A stretch of 18,968 nt of DNA. It comes from Oligoflexales bacterium. Lineage in GTDB: Bacteria > Bdellovibrionota_B > Oligoflexia > Oligoflexales > CAIYRB01. The notes beneath the pieces are model-generated. The model was given only the letters and a program-made list of their open reading frames with translations, was not told the origin of the DNA and ran no database searches. A program made the position numbers and the translations under genes. The number at the start of each line of letters is the position of its first letter. The first letter of the stretch is position 1. This document shows positions 1-7,432 of the stretch, in pieces. The stretch lies in NCBI GenBank assembly GCA_041736175.1, contig JBGSUI010000119.1:1-18968 (forward strand), read 5' to 3'.

Positions 1-110
1 CGTATTTGGAAGCCTTTCGAAGGCGTAATTCAGAAACAAACTCGAGAAAAAAGCCAGCGGAGGATCGAAGGACGCAAAATATCGATAAAGCTTCGTAAGT
101 TACGTCAAAA

Positions 111-650
111 ATGCGGTTATTTTTGTGGAAACTTCTGTTTAAGGCTGCTGGAGTTAGGTCTGAGCCTCGAGTGGATTTAATCTTTGGCCTTAACGACACA
201 AAAAGTCTATCCCTGACCTTTTCGCAGGTCGAAAAAAACCAGTTTGGCGTCGAAGACGCGGAAAATATCCGATGTAAGTTATTTTACGAACCAGATGAGG
301 GCTCCCGTATAAGAGTCGTGGAAATCGACCGGTTACCAGCAGGTCTATTATCCTTTAAGGAGCTTAGTCACGATCTCGCTGTAGGTCCGACGATTTGGAA
401 CCAAAGCACCCTTGCCTTTACGAGTCCAATGGACTTTAGTCCATCAGCCAGCGATAAAGTCCTTATGTTGCAGGATGCCTCAGGTCTCCCGCTCGGGGTC
501 TTCGAGCAAGGGGTCAAGGAAGGCCCAGGTGGGATCAGAATTCTCAGACCCTTGGTGATCAGAAAGATTCCAAATTGTTTTTCTGCACCAGTCCCCTCGT
601 CCTCTGAACCCAAAAAAACCATCCATGGCTTTGAGACCCCACCGAAGTAG
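111..650 (+). CDS. Hypothetical protein (179 aa)
   Basis: Longest open frame in this stretch; ends 1 nt from the convergent trmFO stop. No clear RBS and no recognisable motif, so it could be spurious or mis-started. Confidence 0.35.
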   Translation: MRLFLWKLLFKAAGVRSEPRVDLIFGLNDTKSLSLTFSQVEKNQFGVEDAENIRCKLFYEPDEGSRIRVVEIDRLPAGLLSFKELSHDLAVGPTIWNQSTLAFTSPMDFSPSASDKVLMLQDASGLPLGVFEQGVKEGPGGIRILRPLVIRKIPNCFSAPVPSSSEPKKTIHGFETPPK

Positions 651-651
651 A

Positions 652-2061
652 CTACATAGAAGCCTGGAAGTTGGCAAAGTCTTGCTGGGCTTTTTGTGCC
701 AAAGTCTGCCGTTTATGGGCTTTTCTTTGACTCGCTCCCTTGAGTACGACTTCCTCAGCTTGGGAACAAAGTGGAAGAAGTCCGAAATTACAGTTCATGG
801 GTTGAAAGCTCCCGAGGCCGCCGTGGGTGACATAATGGAGCAGGGCTCCAATCATCGTGGTGGCCGGCGGCAGGACTGGAAGGTTGCCCTTAAGCCGCAA
901 GGCACCATGGACTCCCGCTAGGAGCCCCATGGCTGTCGACTCAAGATATCCCTCAACACCCGTGATTTGGCCTGCTAAAAAAATCTGGGGCCTCGACTTA
1001 ATAGAGAGGTCTGGAGCCAAGACTTCTGGACTCTGCACATAGGTGTTGCGGTGCACAGACCCATATCTTAAAAAGTCCACATCCTTAAGTGCTGGTATCA
1101 ATCCAAAAACACGTTTTTGTTCAGGCCATTTCATCTTGGTTTGAAAACCGACCATGCTGTACATGGTTCCTTGGATATTTTCTTTTCGAAGCTGCACGAC
1201 AGCCCAGGGTCTCCTCCCGGTTTTTGGGTCCGTAAGACCCACGGGTTTCATGGGTCCAAACCTCAAGGTCTCACGGCCCCGTGCGACCATCACTTCGATG
1301 GGAAGACATGACTCAAAATACTGGGTCGACTCAAATCCATGGAGGGGCATATATTCCGCCGCGGTGATGGCATCGATCAGCGTCTCGTACTGGTCCTTAT
1401 TAAGAGGTAGATTTACATAGTCGTCTCCTCCCTTATCATAGCGGGACTGGGCAAAAGCATTCTCCCAGTCAATACTATCGGCAGCCAAGGTGGGTGCGAT
1501 CGCATCGTAGAAAAAAAGCCTTTTTGGCTGCCCTTGGTGTACTTTGGCCAGCAGCCCATCGAGGCTCTCAGTCAACGCGGGAGAGGTGAGCGGTCCAGTC
1601 GCAATGATCCAGACATCTTGCTCGACTTCTGTAGGAATAACGCCTTGAGAAGCCTCTAAGAAATTTGCAGGCAACGAGGTCACTTCGCCTTCAATTCGTT
1701 CAAACCGAGGGTGCCCAAGGAGTTTAGCTTCGATTAACCGGGACATCTGGTTGCGGTCGACTGCAAGGGCTTGACCAGCCGGAACTCTAGTCGCCATGGC
1801 AGCCTCTAGGACAAGGGATCCTAGCCCCCTAAGCTCTCCCTTTAGGAGTCCCGGTGCCGAAAGGGGGTCCAGAGACTTCATAGAGTTGGAACACACCAGC
1901 TCTGCCAAGTGCCCCGTCTTATGGGCTGGAGTCATCTGCAAGGGTCTCATCTCATAGAGCACCACATCACAGCCTAACTTTAACGCTTGCCACGCAGCTT
2001 CGCACCCGGCAAGCCCACCACCTATGATTCGAACCTTGCCAACTTTTTTAGGATCCACCAC
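652..2061 (-). CDS. trmFO: FAD-dependent methylenetetrahydrofolate--tRNA-(uracil-54)-C5-methyltransferase TrmFO
   Basis: IIGGGLAGCEAAWQ FAD motif, AELVCSNS, FFYDAIAP, YFESCLPIE, LRFGPMKPVGL, MVGFQT, GSVHRNTY, AGQITGVEGY, FQPMNCNFG. GGAGG RBS at 2064-2068; GTG start at 2061 or 2058. Confidence 0.97.
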   Translation of the reverse strand: MVDPKKVGKVRIIGGGLAGCEAAWQALKLGCDVVLYEMRPLQMTPAHKTGHLAELVCSNSMKSLDPLSAPGLLKGELRGLGSLVLEAAMATRVPAGQALAVDRNQMSRLIEAKLLGHPRFERIEGEVTSLPANFLEASQGVIPTEVEQDVWIIATGPLTSPALTESLDGLLAKVHQGQPKRLFFYDAIAPTLAADSIDWENAFAQSRYDKGGDDYVNLPLNKDQYETLIDAITAAEYMPLHGFESTQYFESCLPIEVMVARGRETLRFGPMKPVGLTDPKTGRRPWAVVQLRKENIQGTMYSMVGFQTKMKWPEQKRVFGLIPALKDVDFLRYGSVHRNTYVQSPEVLAPDLSIKSRPQIFLAGQITGVEGYLESTAMGLLAGVHGALRLKGNLPVLPPATTMIGALLHYVTHGGLGSFQPMNCNFGLLPLCSQAEEVVLKGASQRKAHKRQTLAQKAQQDFANFQASM

Positions 2062-2205
2062 GACCTCCGCCCTTAAAATGATGCCGCAACTCTTACTTTC
2101 CCCATCCTGCCTTGAGTCCTAAAAGTGACATCTGGGTCTCTCTTAAAGCTCCACACCGTCACCAATCTCGCCTTAAAAGCCATCTCTATGCCTCAATCAT
2201 TTGCA

Positions 2206-2218
2206 CATAATCTTGATT
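2206..2218. promoter_or_regulatory. Possible IHF binding site
   Basis: CATAATCTTGATT matches YAANNNNTTGATW with one mismatch. It lies about 30 nt upstream of the sigma54 motif, the usual position at sigma54 promoters. Confidence 0.35.
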
Positions 2219-2246
2219 GTTTAGCAATCTCAAGGCTGCCCTATCT

Positions 2247-2262
2247 TGGCATACAGCATGCA
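2247..2262 (+). promoter_or_regulatory. sigma54 (RpoN) -24/-12 promoter for the 2356..2685 gene
   Basis: TGGCATACAGCATGCA has the invariant GG-N10-GC spacing and fits TGGCACG-N4-TTGCW. It is intergenic and correctly oriented. Confidence 0.65.
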
Positions 2263-2355
2263 TGAATATCTATGTGCACTGGAAAAATTATCTGCAACTT
2301 AGCCAGTTAAAAATTGAGAAATTTAAACTTTCACACATATTAAGGGAGACACACC

Positions 2356-2685
2356 ATGAAAACCAAACTGCTCATCATCGAAGACAATATCTGTAAGTTC
2401 TTCACCACCAAACAAGTCCTTGAAGCCCAGTTAAGAGTCACCGTAAACGCAATCGACAGCTCCGACACACAACATCTCTTCGCATTAGCCACGGATCTCC
2501 ATCCTGACACCATCCTATATTGTCCCCACGGTGGTGTTATAGATCTCCTCGACAACATGAAAAAACGGGGAGTCAATCGACGCAATACTGAGATCACTCT
2601 TCTGCATTTCCAAGAAACTGACAGTCACCTACTCGCCAAAATCCAAGCGGCCTTTGATGGATCAACGGTCGCTAAGGCCGCTTAA
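2356..2685 (+). CDS. Atypical (pseudo-)receiver domain protein, stand-alone
   Basis: KLLIIEDN beta1 acidic motif and PDTILYC aligning to the PDLILLD of receiver domains. The phosphoacceptor Asp is replaced by Cys and there is no KP motif. RBS AAGGGAG at 2342-2348. Confidence 0.7.
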   Translation: MKTKLLIIEDNICKFFTTKQVLEAQLRVTVNAIDSSDTQHLFALATDLHPDTILYCPHGGVIDLLDNMKKRGVNRRNTEITLLHFQETDSHLLAKIQAAFDGSTVAKAA

Positions 2686-2697
2686 GCTCCATCTCGC

Positions 2698-3507
2698 CTA
2701 AGCTTCGAACGCTGCGGCGATCATCTTAGCAAAGTCATCGGCCACCAGCGACGCTCCCCCGACAAGGGCACCATCGATATCCGGCTTTGTAAAAAGCTCT
2801 ACGATATTTTTTGGACTTGCCGACCCGCCATATAGGATCCTTAGACTCTGGGCAAAAGCCTCTCCCCGCAGAGTCGAGGCTTGTTTGCGAATAAACCCAT
2901 GGACGTCTTGAGCATCCTCTGCCGTCGACGCCTTACCCGTCCCAATCGCCCAGACTGGCTCATAGGCGATCACCAGACTCGCCAACTCTTTGGTGCTAAA
3001 ATCCCCGAGGTCCTGAAAGACACTTTTTATTTGGCGTTCGATCACCTGATGGGTCAAACCTTTTTCTCTTTCCTCAAGGGTTTCGCCCACACAGACGATG
3101 GGAGAGAATTTTTGGGTGATAGCCTGTTTGACCTTTTTTGCCACAGTCTGGTCGGTTTCACCAAAAAACTGTCTCCGCTCACTGTGCCCGATCAGAGTAC
3201 TCGTCACTCCGATTTCTTTAAGCATGGCCGCTGAAACTTCGCCCGTAAAGGCTCCCGCATCGGCCCAATGGAAGTTCTGAGCTGCGACGGTATACCCATA
3301 AAAAGAGGCCGCTTGCATTCCACCGACCAAGAGAGGGAAGGGGAGCGCAAAGAGGACCTCTGGCCCATTTTCGGCTATACTGTTGAAGCCTGACTTGGTC
3401 GGCTGGAGCTTTTCCAGTGACTCTTTCAGCTGTTTAAAAAAGGGGGCAACATCGACGTTTAGCTTGTTCATTTTCCAATTGCCCGCAAGGATTTTGCGAC
3501 GAATCAT
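2698..3507 (-). CDS. tpiA: Triosephosphate isomerase (269 aa; start corrected from the ORF track's 3654 to ATG at 3507)
   Basis: ILAGNWKMN, GAFTGEVS, IGHSERR, AYEPVWAIGTG, ILYGGS, DGALVGGASL. GAGAGG RBS at 3515-3520. The longer start would overlap pgk. Confidence 0.97.
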   Translation of the reverse strand: MIRRKILAGNWKMNKLNVDVAPFFKQLKESLEKLQPTKSGFNSIAENGPEVLFALPFPLLVGGMQAASFYGYTVAAQNFHWADAGAFTGEVSAAMLKEIGVTSTLIGHSERRQFFGETDQTVAKKVKQAITQKFSPIVCVGETLEEREKGLTHQVIERQIKSVFQDLGDFSTKELASLVIAYEPVWAIGTGKASTAEDAQDVHGFIRKQASTLRGEAFAQSLRILYGGSASPKNIVELFTKPDIDGALVGGASLVADDFAKMIAAAFEA

Positions 3508-3553
3508 AAGGTAACCTCTCTCGTGACCAAACTTAAACCAATTTTTACGAAAC

Positions 3554-4744
3554 TCATTCTTTAAGAAGGATTTTAATACCCGGCAAAGACCGTCCCTCAA
3601 GGAGTTCAAGAGAAGCTCCGCCTCCGGTGGAAATATGGGTGATCTTGGCAGCAAGCCCCGATTTGTTTATAGCCGACACGGAATCCCCGCCACCCACGAC
3701 CGTCTGACCATGCACCTCTGCCAGGGCTTTTGCCACTTCCATGGTGCCTTTAGCAAAAGTAGGCCATTCAAAAACACCCATGGGCCCATTCCAAAAAACT
3801 GTTTTTGATCCCTTGATCACATTCTGGTACTGGGCGATCGTTTTGGGCCCAATATCAAGGCCCATAAGACCCTCGGGGATGTTCTGTTCTGGAACATCAA
3901 TCCTCTCGACGCCTTCTTTAAATTCCCGTGCGCAGCCATGATCCACGGGAAGGTGAATCTCGACCTTACGGGCATCAGCGTTACGAAAAATCGCTTCTAC
4001 CAGGTCCATCTTGTCTGCTTCGACCCGCGACGACCCTACAGAAACGCCTTTAAACTTGAGAAAGGTGTAGGCCATTGCGCCACCAATCACCAGGTGGTTG
4101 CAGTGATTTAACAGACTCAAGATCACGGCGATCTTATCTGACACCTTAGCTCCACCCATCACGACGGTGAATGGATTGACCGGTCGTTGGAGGATCCCCC
4201 CGAGGGCCTTGATTTCTTTTTCCATAAGAAACCCCGCGGCCCTTTTTTCGGGCTTCAAAAGCTCCGCCATACCAGCGGTGGACGCGTGGGCTCGATGGGC
4301 CGTGCCAAAGGCGTCATTGACGTAAAAATCCACTCCTTTGGCTAGGAGCTGGCAAAATTCGGGATCGTTTTTGGTTTCGCCCTTGTTAAAGCGGAGATTT
4401 TCTAGGAGTACGAATTGATTTGGGTTGAGTTGGTTAAGGACCTGATCGAAGGGTTCTACTGCATAATCATTGACAAAAACAACTTCCTTACCCAGGAGTT
4501 CCGCAAGCCTTGCCCCCACGGGCTCCAGACTGTATTTGAGATCCACGTCTCCGTCTGGCCGCCCCAGATGGCTAGCGATAACGATTTTGTTAGTCCGCTC
4601 CAAGATGTATTGAATAGTAGGTAATGCCTCTTTGATCCTGGTTTCGTCTGTGATTTTGCCATTCTTGATCGGAACATTAAGGTCCAGTCGCAAAAAAACT
4701 TTTTTCCCTACCAAATCAAGATCTTTAAGTGTACGGATTTCCAT
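3554..4744 (-). CDS. pgk: Phosphoglycerate kinase
   Basis: RLDLNVP, SHLGRP, LLENLRF, YVNDAFGTAHRAHAS, GGAKVSDKI, WNGPMGVFE, GGGDS, HISTGGGASLELLEG. Confidence 0.98.
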   Translation of the reverse strand: MEIRTLKDLDLVGKKVFLRLDLNVPIKNGKITDETRIKEALPTIQYILERTNKIVIASHLGRPDGDVDLKYSLEPVGARLAELLGKEVVFVNDYAVEPFDQVLNQLNPNQFVLLENLRFNKGETKNDPEFCQLLAKGVDFYVNDAFGTAHRAHASTAGMAELLKPEKRAAGFLMEKEIKALGGILQRPVNPFTVVMGGAKVSDKIAVILSLLNHCNHLVIGGAMAYTFLKFKGVSVGSSRVEADKMDLVEAIFRNADARKVEIHLPVDHGCAREFKEGVERIDVPEQNIPEGLMGLDIGPKTIAQYQNVIKGSKTVFWNGPMGVFEWPTFAKGTMEVAKALAEVHGQTVVGGGDSVSAINKSGLAAKITHISTGGGASLELLEGRSLPGIKILLKE

Positions 4745-4881
4745 AATAAAACCTCATTAGGTCGCCAGACGTAAACAATCACCTCCAGGGTCATAACACC
4801 GTCAGCCCCTGACCCGCAACGACGGATCTGGTAGTATGGGCTGTTTTTGATTTTTGACTGAGAAATCTAAGGGAGACACCT

Positions 4882-5874
4882 ATGCCATCTGTAAAACAGC
4901 ACCATCTCTTTGTGATCGACCCTATCGAAACTCTCAACCCGACTTTAGACTCAAGCCTGCGTATGATGTACGCCCTTGCACAGCGGGGTCACCACGTCGA
5001 AGTCTGCCAACCTAAAGACCTCTTCCTCCGGTCCCATTCGGAAGGCAACATCTGCCAGGAGACCACGGCGCAAACCGTAACCTTCGGAGCCCAAAGTAGC
5101 TTTGAATCTCTCCAGTTTTCCCTGGCTTCCCCTATGGGCAGAGCCCTTAGGGACTATAACGGGGTGCATATGCGAAAGGACCCTCCATTTGATTTAGACT
5201 ACATCACGACCGTGTGGCTCCTCGACGACCTGCCACCCTCAACACGGGTCTACAATCGTCCGGAGGCTCTGCTTCGCTATAACGAAAAACTCCTTATCAC
5301 CCATTTTCCCGATGCGATAGCACCGATCCTCGTGTCTGCAAATCCCGAAAAGCTGCTTTATTTTATCGAAGCCCATCATGATATCATCCTAAAGCCCCTT
5401 CATTTATTTGGTGGACGCGGCGTACTTCGCCTAAGCCTTGAAACCCAAAAAATCCAGGATATCCGCAAAATCCTCCTCACCGAAACCAACCATGGCCAGG
5501 CCTTGAGACTCGCCCAACCCTTTAATCATAAAATTGTTGACGGTGAGATCCGGGTTTTTGCAGCCTTTGGAAAACCTTTGGCATGGTGTCTTAAAAAACC
5601 AAAATCCGGGGATTTTCTCGCCAACACCCGCGCGGGAGCGACTCTACACGCTTTTACACCCAGTGGCTCACTCCACAAAACCATCACCCTTGTAGCCGAA
5701 AAACTCCTCTCTCTGGGAATCACCCTTATAGGCTTTGACGTCATCGGCGAGTTGATTTCCGAAATCAACCTGACAAGCCCCCGCCTGTTGCTGGCACCAG
5801 GAGCCGCCCAAGAAAAAATCTATGGAGACCTCGCCGCCCTTTTCGAAGCCGATGTTTCAAATAATTTGTCCTAG
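4882..5874 (+). CDS. gshB: Glutathione synthetase-like ATP-grasp ligase (divergent)
   Basis: IDPIETLN..DSS N-terminus, MRKDPPFD, NEKL, ILKPL..FGGRGV, GFDVIG, EINLTSP. RBS AAGGGAG. Confidence 0.8.
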   Translation: MPSVKQHHLFVIDPIETLNPTLDSSLRMMYALAQRGHHVEVCQPKDLFLRSHSEGNICQETTAQTVTFGAQSSFESLQFSLASPMGRALRDYNGVHMRKDPPFDLDYITTVWLLDDLPPSTRVYNRPEALLRYNEKLLITHFPDAIAPILVSANPEKLLYFIEAHHDIILKPLHLFGGRGVLRLSLETQKIQDIRKILLTETNHGQALRLAQPFNHKIVDGEIRVFAAFGKPLAWCLKKPKSGDFLANTRAGATLHAFTPSGSLHKTITLVAEKLLSLGITLIGFDVIGELISEINLTSPRLLLAPGAAQEKIYGDLAALFEADVSNNLS

Positions 5875-5963
5875 GTTCCATAAAAAGAAGTGATCGATCT
5901 TTCCGTTAGAGATATGATTTGTAGAACAAAGTCATGTTTCTTAAACAGGGAGTCGATAACGCT

Positions 5964-7409
5964 ATGAGGGTACACCCTATTCCATGCTTCATAGAGATTT
6001 TGGTTCTATGGAACCTATTCGGCTGTGATGCTAAATTCAACTCTAAGATCAATACTTACAGAGAATTATCTGGTCCCATTGCGACCGATACCGTTTGGAA
6101 CGCAGACGAAAACTATCTTTTGGTTGGACAAGTCTTTGTAGAAGAAGGAGCAACCCTAACCATCGAACCCGGTACTGTCATCAAATCAATCCCTAGCGAC
6201 CCTAGTGGCCTTGCCCCTGCCTTGATCATTAAACCAGGAGCTAAGATCATGGCTGAAGGGACCAAGGATCAGCCTATAACCTTTACCTCTTCCACTGATG
6301 CCGATAAACTACCTAGACGAGGACTTTGGGGCGGGGTTTTGATCCTCGGGCGGGCTCCTGTAAACGTCGACCAAAGTCGCAGATTTGTCGAAGGGATCGC
6401 AGGAATTGTTTATGGAGGCGACGATCCTAACGATAATAGCGGTATTTTGACCTACGTGCGCATTTGGTATGGCGGGCGCAATATAGGAGATAACAACGAA
6501 ATTAACGGCCTAACTCTCGCTGGAGTAGGCCGCGGCACCAAGCTTGAGCATATCGAAGTCGCTTGGAACAACGATGATGGACTCGAATTTTTTGGCGGCA
6601 CGGTAGACGCCAGGTATATTTCGGTGCTTTTTGGCGCTGACGACTCGATCGATACCGATCTAGGATACCAGGGTCGCCTACAGTATGTGTTTTCTTTAAG
6701 TGGTAAAGATGTCAGTGGCCGAGCCTTTGAAATGGACAATGATGGCAAAAATGACGTAACTGCTAATGCAAAACCCCGGTCTTTTCCCATTATTTGCAAC
6801 GCCACGCTTATAGGACCAGGGACTGGTATTCCAGCGCCGATCCCCACAAATATCTGCGAAAACGAAACGGACCAATCGGACTTTGCTATCCGCCTTCGAG
6901 AGGGCACAGGGGGTGATTTTCGCAACATCATTTCCACAAATAGCAATGGCAAGTGTGTGCGCGTCGATAAAGAACTTATTACTAAAAAAGTAGAAAAGGA
7001 CAAATGCCAATCCACTAAAATCGGCAATGATCCATCGATTGCCTTGGCGACCCAACAAAAACCTTCTGATGACAATAACCGCGATGTTCTCTATTTTTCG
7101 CCCCTCAATTTCCTCTCCTCATGCGGACCAAACGGCGATAAGGATGCTTTTCATGGTGATTTAAAGGACAAGCTCACCAAATATAACAACTCGAATCCTG
7201 AATTTGTTGCCAATAGCTTGGATGCAACCAATCGGGGCAAAATCAACCCTCTGCTCCAATCCACAAGTCCAGGTCTAAACCCTGCTCAGGTCGATCCCTG
7301 CCGCGACGATGGGTGGTTTGAAAAGACTGCGTTCTCGGGAGCTTTTGATAACAAAAACAATTGGCTCTCAGATTGGTCCTGGTTAGCCGAAAACAAATAC
7401 CTCAACTGA
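5964..7409 (+). CDS. Lipoprotein with predicted right-handed beta-helix, of the family commonly encoded beside TonB-dependent receptors (start 5964, or 5934 per the ORF track)
   Basis: Signal peptide ending LFGC. Family motifs GATLTIEPGT, AEGT..PITFTS, GLWGGVLILG.AP.N, YGG....DNSG.L.YVRI.YGG, NEINGLTLAGVG.GT, DDGLEFFGGTV, DDSIDTD.GYQG, FEMDN, LREGT.G, and C-terminal GAF....WL..WS. Confidence 0.8.
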   Translation: MRVHPIPCFIEILVLWNLFGCDAKFNSKINTYRELSGPIATDTVWNADENYLLVGQVFVEEGATLTIEPGTVIKSIPSDPSGLAPALIIKPGAKIMAEGTKDQPITFTSSTDADKLPRRGLWGGVLILGRAPVNVDQSRRFVEGIAGIVYGGDDPNDNSGILTYVRIWYGGRNIGDNNEINGLTLAGVGRGTKLEHIEVAWNNDDGLEFFGGTVDARYISVLFGADDSIDTDLGYQGRLQYVFSLSGKDVSGRAFEMDNDGKNDVTANAKPRSFPIICNATLIGPGTGIPAPIPTNICENETDQSDFAIRLREGTGGDFRNIISTNSNGKCVRVDKELITKKVEKDKCQSTKIGNDPSIALATQQKPSDDNNRDVLYFSPLNFLSSCGPNGDKDAFHGDLKDKLTKYNNSNPEFVANSLDATNRGKINPLLQSTSPGLNPAQVDPCRDDGWFEKTAFSGAFDNKNNWLSDWSWLAENKYLN

Positions 7410-7432
7410 TCTAAGTTAAACCTGAGGGTCCT

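Noticed and set aside
1..650. xerC expected downstream of trmFO on the minus strand
   Set aside because: All three minus frames contain stops between 284 and 650. Short pieces near the edge (FVSELRLRKASKY; FLNYAFERLPNT) only vaguely resemble an integrase N-terminus and lack a credible start.
3508..3654. 49-aa N-terminal extension of TpiA in the ORF track
   Set aside because: It overlaps pgk; the conserved TpiA start and its RBS are at 3507.
5875..5963. Pho box upstream of the lipoprotein-TBDR operon
   Set aside because: Only a single GTCAT half-site, with no 11-nt direct repeat.
6452..7075. 207-aa minus-strand ORF (and 6696..7058)
   Set aside because: Antisense shadow of the well-supported lipoprotein gene; Ser/Pro-rich with no motif.
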